IMG/VR virus record: IMGVR_UViG_3300029288_000075
Coordinates: 1 to 64,000 of that record
DNA: 64,000 bases
DNA from: a virus
Lineage: Duplodnaviria > Caudoviricetes
Strand: one strand, 5' to 3'
The translations under genes were made by a program, and so were the position numbers. Positions 1 through 10,541 of the stretch are shown here, in pieces (position 1 is the first letter of the stretch; each line of letters starts with the position of its first letter). Below the pieces are notes generated by a model, which was not told the DNA's origin, did not search any database, and was given only the letters and a program-made list of their open reading frames with translations.

Positions 1-162
1 GTGCAGATGCAGGGGCGTAACCAGGCTACCCCGCCTGATGAGCGTCTGCTGTCTGCCTCTGTGTTATCCGCAGGCTATAGCAAGACAGAGACCGCGCTAG
101 TGGCATCCATTCAACTGACATCCATGGCGGGGCGTTCCGCCATTGCTCGACTCGAGGTTTGA
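1..162 (+). CDS. C-terminal fragment of a probable gp25-like baseplate wedge subunit (5' truncated)
   Basis: Open frame from base 1 (VQMQGRNQATPPDERLLSASV...ARLEV*) ending 3 nt before the baseplate-J-like gene; position and DERL motif fit gp25-like proteins. Confidence 0.5.
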   Translation: MQMQGRNQATPPDERLLSASVLSAGYSKTETALVASIQLTSMAGRSAIARLEV

Positions 163-165
163 CGC

Positions 166-3100
166 ATGGCTGTTTTTGACCTTCAGGCATTCATTCAGGA
201 GAGACTGAGAGCTTTCGACGAAAGCATTGATGTCACTTCGGGGGCTCCAGCAGACGTGCAGCTGATCCAGCCGCTACTGCGTAGGCTTGGTGTTGACCCG
301 TTCACTGTGGATATGGCCACGTTTTTGAGTGACCGCTTGCGGCAAGCGTTCCCAGAAATGGCAACGGACGAGGGTGACGCCCTGACGGACTTGTTGGTCA
401 AGCCGGCGTTGCTTCTTTGGGACCCGATTGTTCGAGAGATCTATCGCATTCGCTCTTGCCAGTCGTGGCGGGATCCAACAACGTTGACGACAGATGAGGC
501 AGAGGCGCTGGGGGCCAATCTCTTTGTTGACCGGGATCGCGGGGACTTTGCCCGTGGTGTCGGTCGTATCTACTATGCTCAACCACGGGCGGTTTCTGCA
601 ACCCCTGTCAACTTCTTTACGTCGAAGGGCGGGCTTCACTTCTACCCCGATGGCCAGCAGGACATCACGGTGCAGGAGATGATGCTGAACACGCATCAAG
701 GGATGTACTACTTCGATGTAACGCTTATTGCCGAAGCAGCAGGCACTGCGTACAACATCGATTCGGGAGAGCTTTCTACCGTAGCGAATCTGGAAGGGAC
801 GATGAAGGTGGTCAACCTTCGTCGTTTCCGGTCTGGAGATGACGCGGAGACTTCGGTTGAGTACGTAGATCGTGCCGCGCAAGGTCTTACCGAGCGGTCT
901 ATGGTGACTATTCGTGGCATAGGCGCGCGTATCCCAAAGGCCTTCCCGGAAGTCACGCGTATCGGCGTAGTTGGCTGCGGGGATCCAGAGATGCAGCGTG
1001 ATGTGCTTACTGGTGGAGGGTTGGGGGGCGTGTTGGAGGCAGGGCTTCTCGGTCAAACTGTGCTGGATCAAGAAAACCGAGGCGCCACGCGTAGGCTGCG
1101 TGTGCTCGATGCCGGCGTGGACTTCTTGGCGAGCTTGGACAAGTATTCTCTTGGCTCGTACGCAGTGACGGTGGCCGGCTGTTTCAGTACGTCGCCGTCT
1201 GTGCGCGACCTTCATATCAAGCAGGTAGTAGATGGGCAGACGCTAGACATGGTGGAGCAGGTGTTCATCCCCAGCTACTTGAACCTCACGTGGACGGTTC
1301 GTAAGCGCGAGCTGACACTGAGCGGGATCCCAGGGGGTATTCTGTACCCTGATACTGCTTTTGGCACTGTGTCAGTGCCTGATGGGGAGGTACATGTCGG
1401 AGGGATGTACGACGTGTCTGTTCGAGGTAGCTCGTTTGACACCTCGTCGTTGGTGCTGGAGAACGTAATGGACGCAGCCCCCGCGGCCAGCGGTGTGCGA
1501 GGGGAGTTTGCGTCTGTGGGTACGTGCACCTTGCTTGACCTGGTGCTTGGCGATACGTATTTGGTGGATGATCCGGTGTACGAAGCTTTGTCGAACGCAA
1601 AGGAGTACGGGTTCATTCTGCAGATATTGACGGGGGTCAATGCCGGCAACTACCGCGTGCTTGACGTGGTCCAAGCCACTGGGGCTTCGCCGACTATTAC
1701 GTTGGATGACAGCACCCCGGTGCAGGTCGGTGAGTATCGCTGGCAGTTGGTGGATGAAATTGACATCGACCTGGTGGAGCCGAAGACCTCTCGGGTGTCT
1801 GGTGTAGACATGCAGTCCGTGCAGAATTCGGATGTCTTGTACACGGCTGGCAGCACCGACCTAGCGGAGTTGGGGGTGAGTGAGAGAGACATAGTGCGCG
1901 TCGAGACGGGAGAGGTTGCCGGTGATTACGAGGTGAAAGCGCTGGTGGCATTCAACGCAGTGCGCGTTGACCGTGCTGTATCTGCTACAGCTACCGATTT
2001 GAAGTACACCATCTATCGGATGAATAGCGGAGGTGGAATGAACTTGCCGCTGGTCCGAGTCACGAAGGTTGAGTTGCTGGACGGCTCAGGGCAGCCTGTG
2101 GGCACTACAATTCCGTACGCGAAGGCCATTGACGTACAAAGCAGGTCGTTTGAGAATCCCGGTAGAGGCACGAAGGTGGACATCACTGACGCGCGTCTCG
2201 GGATCCTTACCATCAAAGAACCTGGCGGCGGGTACGCGGTTGGTGGTCAGAACTTGACCATAAGCAACGTGGGCATGGCGCCCCTTGTGGTCACCTTTAC
2301 GGGAGGAAACAAGACGCGCACGCAGCTCATCTCCGAGTTGAATGCTGCGGCAGCGGCCTTGTACGGGATCGGCACGATTGTAGCCAAAGAGCTATTCGAC
2401 GGTGACGCATATCGTGTTGGGATTATCCCTCTTAGCGCGCTGGCTGTCTGCGTGTCTGGCACCGCCATGACCGGGCTTTTCGCCAGCACGTTGGCGCGGT
2501 CCAGCCTAGATGTGCGTTCGGATTCTTTGGAGGCGGCATTGGGTTGGGCAGCGGTCACCCCCGCGATCGACCAAGATGACTTGGATGTTCTGCAGGTGCT
2601 TGATGGCAACCAGGTGGGTTTCTACGGGGATTTGAGCTATGGGCCCACGGCAGCTGCTTCGTTGCTGGCGGGGGATCCCAGCGGCGTGGCGGAGTACCCT
2701 GCCTTTGTACCAGAGGTGGGTGTACGAGTGCAGGTTGGCGCGCGGTCTATCGGGAGTGCTCGTTGCTACTTCATGGACCCCACCAGTGTAGAGTTCAAGC
2801 GTAGCAGTCGGTTCAGGGCAACCCTGTCGGATGGCGTTGTACTCAACTTCTTCCCAGATCCAACGTTGGATTACGTAAAACTTCCGGCATATCCCACCGT
2901 GGGGTTGGTGAAAGACGGGGACATTGCAGGGTCTGGCACAGCCTCTTTTGCATCAGCCTCGCAGGACTTCGTGTTGAGCAGCTTGGTTGTAGGAGACCAC
3001 CTGGCGCTGCGCTACGTACCAATCATTGGTACGACGGTTCTTGGGACTTCAGTGGCTGTAGCAAACATGCACATCACGCTGTCCCTCGAGGGTAATGCGG

Positions 3101-4158
3101 ATCAGATCATCACCTTTGCCAATGACTCTGAGGCCATTCCGTCCGGTAGCGTCACCACCTCTGGTATGGTGGCGCAGATCAACAGCGCGATAGGTAAGGC
3201 CATCGCTAAGATTGGTAGCGGCAATCACCTGGAGTTGGAGGGGGATGTATCGATAGCAGTGCGCGGTACGTCAGTTGGATCTGCAAATACCGTTTTGGGA
3301 TTTCCCACCACCGACAAGGACAACAAGGCGTACCATCAAGGTACGTACATCATCAACAGCGTGGGTCAGCATCAGGTCTTAGCCACACCTCTACTGTCCT
3401 CCACCCCGCCTTTGTCTGTCCATCCTGAGAGTAGGGTGTCTTTCGAAGTGCGCAGGCCTGGGGCACAGCGTGTCAGTTCTACTCGCATGAGTGGTCAGAC
3501 CGCGGAGACTGGCTTGTACTATTGTGATGTGCAGCTAGTAAGTGAAGGCACCGGTGACCTTTACAACATAGGGAATGGCACTCAGCTAATGGTGGACGGC
3601 TATCGTAGCGACGGCTACTACTTGACCACGAGTGATCCACATCTGACGTTCTCTACGGCGGAGAAGTTGACGCTGCATGTGTCTAGGTCAGTGCAGGAGA
3701 TTGGTGTGGCAGATGATCCAGCCAACGCCACGCAATTGACAGGACAGAACCTGGAAATTGCGTATGACAGGGCGGGTCTCGTGGCGGACGTGCAGAACTT
3801 TGCGCTCAGCGAGACGGAGCGTGTGGTTTGCTCGAACCCCCTAGCTAGGCACTTGATCCCGCACTTCGTACGTTTCGATTTCGTGTACACCGGGGGTTCG
3901 GCAGCGGATATAGTGGCGGAGGATATTCGGCAGTACGTGTCGGAGCTGTTCCCGCAAGACTTTCTGGAGGTTGGGGATTTGAACTCTCTGGCCTTTCGGA
4001 GGGGAGCAACCAGCGTTGTGAATCCAATCAACATGCTGGCGGTGGTCTACAACTACGATAGGACTATCTGGTCGCAGAGATCGCAGGATTCTCTGAGTAC
4101 TGGACGTCTGTCGGCATTTGTAGCTGACGTCATCAACATAAATCGAAAGTCAGGCTGA
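166..4158 (+). CDS. Large baseplate J-like (wedge) protein, 1330 aa
   Basis: N-terminal J-type segment (IAEAAGTAYNI...GDDAETSVEYVDRA...LTERSMVT) and C-terminal IRQYVSELFPQD region flank long beta-rich insertions. Confidence 0.7.
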   Translation: MAVFDLQAFIQERLRAFDESIDVTSGAPADVQLIQPLLRRLGVDPFTVDMATFLSDRLRQAFPEMATDEGDALTDLLVKPALLLWDPIVREIYRIRSCQSWRDPTTLTTDEAEALGANLFVDRDRGDFARGVGRIYYAQPRAVSATPVNFFTSKGGLHFYPDGQQDITVQEMMLNTHQGMYYFDVTLIAEAAGTAYNIDSGELSTVANLEGTMKVVNLRRFRSGDDAETSVEYVDRAAQGLTERSMVTIRGIGARIPKAFPEVTRIGVVGCGDPEMQRDVLTGGGLGGVLEAGLLGQTVLDQENRGATRRLRVLDAGVDFLASLDKYSLGSYAVTVAGCFSTSPSVRDLHIKQVVDGQTLDMVEQVFIPSYLNLTWTVRKRELTLSGIPGGILYPDTAFGTVSVPDGEVHVGGMYDVSVRGSSFDTSSLVLENVMDAAPAASGVRGEFASVGTCTLLDLVLGDTYLVDDPVYEALSNAKEYGFILQILTGVNAGNYRVLDVVQATGASPTITLDDSTPVQVGEYRWQLVDEIDIDLVEPKTSRVSGVDMQSVQNSDVLYTAGSTDLAELGVSERDIVRVETGEVAGDYEVKALVAFNAVRVDRAVSATATDLKYTIYRMNSGGGMNLPLVRVTKVELLDGSGQPVGTTIPYAKAIDVQSRSFENPGRGTKVDITDARLGILTIKEPGGGYAVGGQNLTISNVGMAPLVVTFTGGNKTRTQLISELNAAAAALYGIGTIVAKELFDGDAYRVGIIPLSALAVCVSGTAMTGLFASTLARSSLDVRSDSLEAALGWAAVTPAIDQDDLDVLQVLDGNQVGFYGDLSYGPTAAASLLAGDPSGVAEYPAFVPEVGVRVQVGARSIGSARCYFMDPTSVEFKRSSRFRATLSDGVVLNFFPDPTLDYVKLPAYPTVGLVKDGDIAGSGTASFASASQDFVLSSLVVGDHLALRYVPIIGTTVLGTSVAVANMHITLSLEGNADQIITFANDSEAIPSGSVTTSGMVAQINSAIGKAIAKIGSGNHLELEGDVSIAVRGTSVGSANTVLGFPTTDKDNKAYHQGTYIINSVGQHQVLATPLLSSTPPLSVHPESRVSFEVRRPGAQRVSSTRMSGQTAETGLYYCDVQLVSEGTGDLYNIGNGTQLMVDGYRSDGYYLTTSDPHLTFSTAEKLTLHVSRSVQEIGVADDPANATQLTGQNLEIAYDRAGLVADVQNFALSETERVVCSNPLARHLIPHFVRFDFVYTGGSAADIVAEDIRQYVSELFPQDFLEVGDLNSLAFRRGATSVVNPINMLAVVYNYDRTIWSQRSQDSLSTGRLSAFVADVININRKSG

Positions 4159-4320
4159 TGGCCGAAGTCTTCAAGGCGTGGTGGCAGTTGGGTACCTCGG
4201 GTATGCCTCTTGGGTGGTCTTTGCTCATGGGGGTTTGTATTCTCGCTGTATTTCTGCTACTACGGTAGGAGTCACCCGCTTGGCGCGGCACCGTAGAACG
4301 GCCGCGGAAAGCAGGACATC

Positions 4321-4560
4321 ATGGAGCACAATCTCGAAATCGGTTCTGTCGTCGTATACATCGATCCCACGCGGGGTCGGCACAACGCGCTGGTCACCAA
4401 CGTGTTTGGGCCGCAGTGCTGCAACGTGCTGTGGGTTAGCGGCGATGATTCGAAACAGGACCCGTACGGTAGGCAGATCGAACGCCAAAGCTCGTGCTGT
4501 CACACCAGCATGAACCAAGCTAAGGCCAACTGCTGGTGCTGGCCTGACGAGGTGGAGTAG
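4321..4560 (+). CDS. Small hypothetical phage protein
   Basis: AGGA RBS before ATG; compact beta-type sequence ending CWCWP. Confidence 0.6.
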   Translation: MEHNLEIGSVVVYIDPTRGRHNALVTNVFGPQCCNVLWVSGDDSKQDPYGRQIERQSSCCHTSMNQAKANCWCWPDEVE

Positions 4561-4629
4561 TCCAGTTGCCTTGGCCGGTACCGATGAGGCGCCAACGGTT
4601 AGGGCTTCGATGTCGCGTCAAGCGGGTGA

Positions 4630-4980
4630 CTAGCGCTCAGGCGTTACCTTGATGATGGGGACGTCTCCGTGCACTGCCTTGTTGCGGTCGCCGAGCTCTA
4701 CAATCATTCCGTCGAAGGGGTTCATGGTGAATCCGCATGCGTGGCATTTCAGCAGGCAGCGGGGTATGAGCCAGTTCGGGTCTGCGAAAGCGAAGGCGGG
4801 GCCGCCCGAGTGCTTCTCCATGGTTGGGCCGCAGCCGTTTTTGCACAGGCGGTGGGCGCGGTACAGCGCCTCAGCCTTGGCATTTTCTCCACCTAGCGCG
4901 TCGGGGATACCCTCTATGGCCTTCCGTGCTACCTCTGGATCCAGCAGTTGAAACGTCAGGGGAATGCCGTTTTCGGACAT
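4630..4980 (-). CDS. Zn-ribbon hypothetical protein
   Basis: CKNGC...CHAC cysteine pairs; canonical promoter just upstream. Confidence 0.65.
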   Translation of the reverse strand: MSENGIPLTFQLLDPEVARKAIEGIPDALGGENAKAEALYRAHRLCKNGCGPTMEKHSGGPAFAFADPNWLIPRCLLKCHACGFTMNPFDGMIVELGDRNKAVHGDVPIIKVTPER

Positions 4981-4986
4981 TCTTGC

Positions 4987-5015
4987 AGTGTAAGGGCAGC
5001 GCGTACCTGGCGCAA
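4987..5015 (-). promoter_or_regulatory. sigma70-type promoter, probably leaderless mRNA
   Basis: Minus strand TTGCGC-N17-TACACT-N6-ATG(4980). Confidence 0.55.
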
Positions 5016-5083
5016 GGCGGCTTTTCGGTCGAAGGTTCTACTTCCTGGTACAATCAGAACGGACGCAATCTGGAAGGCACAGC

Positions 5084-5968
5084 ATGGCAGCTACCGCGCT
5101 CATCAAGTTCACGCAGGGTTTGGTTGTTGGCGCTGACGGGCAGGCGCTCCTTGGCGTTTCGGGCGCGTCCGTGCACGTCTCGAACGTAGTCAATACGGAT
5201 GTGCAGTCGTGGCAGGTCGACCTGGTGTACGTAGATCCAAGAAGCTCTTTGGTGGCTGCCGATGCGTATGCGACAGGGAACAACTCGACTCCATCGGCCG
5301 ATTTCACTCCAGACTCCAGTGGCAGTTATCGCGTAGTTCTGAAGGTGTGGGAGAACCCAAGTCGTACAGGGGATCCGGTCAGCGTTGACATCCGTGTCTT
5401 CTCTATCTTGGAGGAGTTTGGGTTGCTTGTTCCTCCGTCGCAGGTGTGGCCGCTGCCGTTGCCAGATCCCAGATCTGGATTGGCGACGGCGCGGCCTGGG
5501 GAGATGAACTTTGCTGCGCAGTTGCATGGGTGGGCAGGCAATGGGACAGATGGTTTGTTGAATGAGGCAGTGCGCAGGGTTGATAGCTCCGGCGCGGTCA
5601 AGACGTTGCCTTTTCCAAGAGTGCATACCACGTCGAGTGCACCAAGCGTTCTGGCAACGTTGTCCACCGCACTATGGCCTGCGCCCGCGGTGCTTTCCAT
5701 TTGCTACGAGGTGCTGTTTCGGAATGATGACGCGAGTGTTGTTTGCGTGCAAAAGTGGGAAGGAACGGTAGCAATAACCAGCACAGGGGTAGTACTGGTA
5801 AGTGAGAAGAACCCTCTTACCGTACCAGGGGCTGTGGAAGGTCCGGGTGAGCTCGCGTTTCTGGAACTAAGCATAGTCGGTTCGTCCGTTGTATTGACGG
5901 GTACCCCAGGTGTCGGGTTGACAGCTAGTTGCTGGTGGACCGTGGTTGCCAAGCTGGTGGTCGGGTAA
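5084..5968 (+). CDS. Putative virion protein with Ig/PKD-like domain
   Basis: FTPDSSGSYRVVLKV PKD-like strand; structural context; TGGTACAAT -10 box upstream. Confidence 0.6.
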   Translation: MAATALIKFTQGLVVGADGQALLGVSGASVHVSNVVNTDVQSWQVDLVYVDPRSSLVAADAYATGNNSTPSADFTPDSSGSYRVVLKVWENPSRTGDPVSVDIRVFSILEEFGLLVPPSQVWPLPLPDPRSGLATARPGEMNFAAQLHGWAGNGTDGLLNEAVRRVDSSGAVKTLPFPRVHTTSSAPSVLATLSTALWPAPAVLSICYEVLFRNDDASVVCVQKWEGTVAITSTGVVLVSEKNPLTVPGAVEGPGELAFLELSIVGSSVVLTGTPGVGLTASCWWTVVAKLVVG

Positions 5969-5998
5969 TGGCGTCTATGCGAAGTAAGCAGGTGCTCC

Positions 5999-8900
5999 GT
6001 GGCTAGCGGTTATGGGTCAGGCTGGGGTCTTACCCCTTGGGGAGGGTTCCTTCTTCCAAGTGGTACGCCTCCGCCAACGCCTCCGACGCCGCCAGACGGG
6101 TTCGACATCTATGTGTACTACGAGTACGGGCCCTCTATGGGGGCAATCCTTACGGATCCCGCCGTTTCGACTTCTGGTGGAAGCTTCGAGATCAATCTGG
6201 AGTACGACCTGTGCATTCGCAGCGGGGCTCCGGCCCCGTCTACTACCGCGATCTTCCTTTTGACGTCGCTTGTCCCTGCCAGTTGGACGTACCAGTGCAC
6301 GGGAACTGCGCACCAGCTGCCGGTCGACTTTTCTAACCTACCTCAATCGCACATTTACTTTGGAGTTGCAGACGCTACGGGCATTGCGGCAGGTCTCTTC
6401 ATCTCGAGTGCCGGTGTTGGCTATACCGGGTCAGTGAGTTTTCCAGGCGGTACTTTGACGCTCACGTCACCCTTTCAGGTCATACCCGGTACTGCAGGGA
6501 TGATAGAGCCTGGTATCGAGTACACGTACCGTATTGCAGTGGACGACACCACGCAGACGGTCTACTTGTTCATTACGGAGACTGCGCTGCTGGAGGCGCA
6601 CGTGACGGGCCATCGTTTGGTAGCTATATTGCCGGCAATACCGTCTTTTGAAGTCACCGAGGATGTGACTACGATCAGCGTGAAGGGCACTGACGTTCGA
6701 CCCTCATGGTTCTGTATTTCCATGCTGGGGTTGGCCACCGACCTATTCATGCCAAATGTACCTCCTACGGCCGATGCAGGTAGCGACCAGTCATTGCGCA
6801 TGTGCAGCGTAGGTAGGTTGGACGGTACAGCAAGCAGAGATCCCGAGGGTGGCAACATTACGTACAGCTGGCGTCTGATCGACGCTCCGCCAGCCAGTAC
6901 GTTCGCCTTTGAGGGGCATGATGGGTTTACGGTGCCTTTGCCCGTGCCCACCGGGTACACCAGCAAGTTTTACTCTGCGTCGTTGGGTTCAGAGTCGCTG
7001 CTGGACCCGGTGCTATCTGGCGATGTAGTGCTGGTCGGAGGTTCCCCATTCTCCGTAGTGACCACAGGAGTGGATGGCGACGGCTTCTACGTGCAGGTGA
7101 CCACAAATGCGTTCGTAGACAGCCTGTTGACTGTCTCGTTCAAGTTGCTTCGTCAGCGGTTTCTTACTGGGTCCACCACCTCTCGTCCAACGTTCTACCC
7201 AGACATCCCGGGGTTGTACAAGTTCGACTTGGTGGTGTACGACGGGGAGTATCTAAGCTCTCCGTCCACTACGATTGTCAATGTCTTGGAGAGTCAGGTA
7301 CCGAAGGGGGTTATTCCGGACTTGGGCTTTCTGTGGAACTACTTGAGTGATTTTTGGAGTCTGGTAGAGGATCGAGAGCGCATTCAGGTTTACTGGGAAG
7401 GGATGGCACAAGTGGCCGCCGCAGAGCTCTTGAACCTGTGGCAAGTGGACTACGGAAAGAGTCTGCGGGACATTCAGCGCACGTTCCAGCGGCGTTGGCT
7501 GCATTACGACTTGAAGCTGCCGGAGCCGTTGCCAGATCTTACTTTGCTGCGCAAGTCGTATGGTGGCGTGTCTTCCTATTCGATCCCGCTGTCGGGTGTG
7601 TCTGGGGTTTCAGGCACCATGTTGGTCATCGAGTCTCCGGTGCACGCCACCCTCCGCATTGTATTTGTGCAGGCCAATCCGTTTACACCCGAGAAGGTGC
7701 AGGTAACCCTGCAAGCCAAGCTGAGAGGTGTGGACAGTCGCTACTCAGTGGCAGTAGTCGGCACTTCAGGAGATCCTGTAGTTCGAATCTTGGCGCCTTT
7801 CTACTTCGAGGTAGGTGCAGACACAACCACGCCCTTGTTCATGGTTGGAGCTGGAAATCGAGCGGTGTCTGGAACGAGCGGCATTCGCATTACGGCGCGT
7901 GTGTACCGTGTGGAGAAGAGCCTCCAATCCTTGGATGTGCAGGAGGGGGATATGCTGGTTGTAGGGGGCGAGGGGTACCTGATTTCACGTGTTGCAGACG
8001 ACCCTGGCGACGGCCTACGTTACCAGCGCATCCTGGTACAGCACGACATGCCGCTACTTCCTGGTAGCGATTGGACGATTGCGTCTACGGTGTCGAGCAA
8101 GCTGTTGAATTTCTACGGCGGCATGTTGTCGGCTCGTGACGATGTGACCTTTGAGGTAGTTGACTCAGCGCAGCCTGGGTTGGTATTGCTGCATGCCTCT
8201 GTTCTGGCTGCCTGTAAGGAGGAAGTGAACAAGCTAGGGGTTGATGTTTCGGACATTGACCGTTATCTGTCGATGCCTACGGTCTCGAGCCGCTTAGCGT
8301 ACGTACTGCGCAAGACGCATTTGCCGATAGGGGATCTGGTGACCGACATCCCCTGCCTGCAGCAGAACATCAAAGAGACGGATGACACTGCTGTTCTTCG
8401 CAGGAATGTCGACTACTACGTTGAAGAGTTTCGTGGTGCCAACTCTGTACGTATGGTGTCGGGAAATAGCTGGGATCCAGGGGACGTTTGGGAAGGCGGG
8501 GACCCACCAGACCGACTGTGGGCAGAGGTGACGTACTTCGACAACAGGCCCATGATTGAAGCCAACTTCGGGGTGCCTGCGGAGTTCACTCTCGACCAAC
8601 TGGATGAGGTGGCGTCAGACTTGGACTACCTGTCGGCAGTACGCGGCCTTTGGTATGCGTACCTGAACGGGCCTACGATGTACAACCTGCGAGTGGGTTC
8701 TCAGATCCTTCTGGGATTACCATTCTCTGAGGAGGCAGGGGTCATCGAAGAAGTTAGGGAGGACTTCTCAGTTACGCAAGGTCGTATCCTTGTACGTGAC
8801 GCGAACAACGAGGCCATCGTACGCTCCTACCACTACCCTTTGCCGTTGACGTTGGAGATCAATCCAGCTACTGGGCAGCGCTATGCAGTAGGTGATTCGG

Positions 8901-9883
8901 TGGTGCAGTTTGCACCGCTGGTGGAGGGCGCCTATGTAGTGGACTACGTGAAGGACCCAGGGTGGTTTGAGGGCATCATGCGCCAGGGGGCCTTCTTCGA
9001 AGTGGAGAAGTTTCATCGTTTCATGGTGCAGGTAGACAAGTCAGCGTTCAGCCTCAGTTCGTTGATGTTCGTGCGCAGTTTTGTACTTCGAGTGAAGCCA
9101 ACGTACACCTTCCCTCTCTTCGTTGTGCGAGCGAAAGCACATGACCTAGGTATTAGCGTGGACGACACCGTCACGCAGCGTGGTCGGCTCGTGTTGAACG
9201 ACGGCGCCTGCTTCAACGGATGGAACTACTCCACCATGCTCGATGACGTACGCGCAGCCGGTGGCGCCATACGCAATCAGCTCGATACTTCTTCAAACCC
9301 CGCGTTGTCGCCCCCGGTGTTTCCGGTGCCCTCTGCTCAAGTGGAATGGGGCTGGGACAAGAACTACCTTTGTCCGGAGGACGAGATCATAGCTACCTTG
9401 CGCATGTACCACATAGGTGGACCCGTGGCGTTGGACAGCTTCTTCAATCTGGATGGTACCAACGTACCGTCGCATCTGTTTTTGGAGAACGGCTTGGTTG
9501 CGGTGCCAGGTGCAGGCTATACTTTTTCGTCTATTTCTTCCGTAACGGTGACGGGGTCGCTCGAGTCGGTGGTCTTGACCGTTCAGGGATCTCTGGGAGT
9601 AGGAGACAACGGGAACTACCTGATTGTGCCCGTATTGAACTCCGTGCCGTTGACAGGGCTGCCCATCACGATTCCGCTGGAGGGCGTGTTCACTGAGCTT
9701 TCGCTGACAGCCATTGGGGTTACTAGCGGGGATGTGCTGGGATTGCAGCTGGTTCCTGCCGATGGATTGGACAAGACTCCGTCCTGGGTCCTTATTTCTG
9801 CTCTGTTCAAGCAGACGCCAATTCCTTTCAGCATAGACGGCGGGTTGCCAGCCGGTACATACTCAACGACCAAACTGCTCTAA
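5999..9883 (+). CDS. Large baseplate/tail protein with PKD domain, 1294 aa
   Basis: PPTADAGSDQ...LDGTASRDPEGGNITYSW PKD signature; later GPTMYNLRVG and FVLRVKPTYT segments resemble baseplate wedge proteins. Confidence 0.65.
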   Translation: MASGYGSGWGLTPWGGFLLPSGTPPPTPPTPPDGFDIYVYYEYGPSMGAILTDPAVSTSGGSFEINLEYDLCIRSGAPAPSTTAIFLLTSLVPASWTYQCTGTAHQLPVDFSNLPQSHIYFGVADATGIAAGLFISSAGVGYTGSVSFPGGTLTLTSPFQVIPGTAGMIEPGIEYTYRIAVDDTTQTVYLFITETALLEAHVTGHRLVAILPAIPSFEVTEDVTTISVKGTDVRPSWFCISMLGLATDLFMPNVPPTADAGSDQSLRMCSVGRLDGTASRDPEGGNITYSWRLIDAPPASTFAFEGHDGFTVPLPVPTGYTSKFYSASLGSESLLDPVLSGDVVLVGGSPFSVVTTGVDGDGFYVQVTTNAFVDSLLTVSFKLLRQRFLTGSTTSRPTFYPDIPGLYKFDLVVYDGEYLSSPSTTIVNVLESQVPKGVIPDLGFLWNYLSDFWSLVEDRERIQVYWEGMAQVAAAELLNLWQVDYGKSLRDIQRTFQRRWLHYDLKLPEPLPDLTLLRKSYGGVSSYSIPLSGVSGVSGTMLVIESPVHATLRIVFVQANPFTPEKVQVTLQAKLRGVDSRYSVAVVGTSGDPVVRILAPFYFEVGADTTTPLFMVGAGNRAVSGTSGIRITARVYRVEKSLQSLDVQEGDMLVVGGEGYLISRVADDPGDGLRYQRILVQHDMPLLPGSDWTIASTVSSKLLNFYGGMLSARDDVTFEVVDSAQPGLVLLHASVLAACKEEVNKLGVDVSDIDRYLSMPTVSSRLAYVLRKTHLPIGDLVTDIPCLQQNIKETDDTAVLRRNVDYYVEEFRGANSVRMVSGNSWDPGDVWEGGDPPDRLWAEVTYFDNRPMIEANFGVPAEFTLDQLDEVASDLDYLSAVRGLWYAYLNGPTMYNLRVGSQILLGLPFSEEAGVIEEVREDFSVTQGRILVRDANNEAIVRSYHYPLPLTLEINPATGQRYAVGDSVVQFAPLVEGAYVVDYVKDPGWFEGIMRQGAFFEVEKFHRFMVQVDKSAFSLSSLMFVRSFVLRVKPTYTFPLFVVRAKAHDLGISVDDTVTQRGRLVLNDGACFNGWNYSTMLDDVRAAGGAIRNQLDTSSNPALSPPVFPVPSAQVEWGWDKNYLCPEDEIIATLRMYHIGGPVALDSFFNLDGTNVPSHLFLENGLVAVPGAGYTFSSISSVTVTGSLESVVLTVQGSLGVGDNGNYLIVPVLNSVPLTGLPITIPLEGVFTELSLTAIGVTSGDVLGLQLVPADGLDKTPSWVLISALFKQTPIPFSIDGGLPAGTYSTTKLL

Positions 9884-9907
9884 TCGCGTGCTAGAATCGA
9901 GAAGACG

Positions 9908-10537
9908 ATGAGGTTCCTAGATACAGTACAAGTGCGGAACAACCTCAAGCTCACCATGCGTGAGCGAGGAAAGATTGTTCAAAGGCGCGAGGGTCACAAC
10001 ATCTGGTTGGACATTGGACGTGAGTATTTGGCGCATCTGATTGCGCTGTCGTCCTATGGACCTGATGTGGCGCAGAGGGATGACCGCATCAAGTACATGG
10101 GCTTCGGCATAGGAGGTACTCGGCAGGTAGCCCCCGGCATGGCCAACTCACCGCCTATGTCGACGGCCTATCCAGGTACCAATCTGCAGACGGACCAGGA
10201 TCCATTGGTGTCCAGGCTGGAGCGTCCGGTACGAATTTCGGGCACCACCACTACTCCGTCAGATCCCTACAGCCCTACGGATGTTTGGCTAGGAACCATC
10301 CAGGCTCCGGCCATTCATGGCACGGCGACTGAAGTGACGTTTCGACGACTCTTCACGCTTTCAGAAGTCAGCTACTTGACTTTTCTGTCCGTGCCTTTGA
10401 GCGAGATCGGATTGTTCACGTCGGCAGCTATCCCGCTCGGGCAGCCCTACAACTTGCCGGTTGCCTACGACACCTTCGATACCATCTCGAAGACAGGCGC
10501 CTTTGAAATCGAGACTGACTGGACAGTGAGGTTCTGA
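9908..10537 (+). CDS. Baseplate/tail-fibre attachment protein
   Basis: KYMGFGIGG and LSEIGLFT motifs, C-terminal ISKTGAFEIETDWTVRF, typical of fibre-collar domains. Confidence 0.6.
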   Translation: MRFLDTVQVRNNLKLTMRERGKIVQRREGHNIWLDIGREYLAHLIALSSYGPDVAQRDDRIKYMGFGIGGTRQVAPGMANSPPMSTAYPGTNLQTDQDPLVSRLERPVRISGTTTTPSDPYSPTDVWLGTIQAPAIHGTATEVTFRRLFTLSEVSYLTFLSVPLSEIGLFTSAAIPLGQPYNLPVAYDTFDTISKTGAFEIETDWTVRF

Positions 10538-10541
10538 CCCT

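Noticed and set aside
4178-4518. Alternative ORFs 4178-4513 (+) and 4225-4518 (-)
   Set aside because: They overlap the better-supported 4321-4560 gene and lack an RBS or motifs
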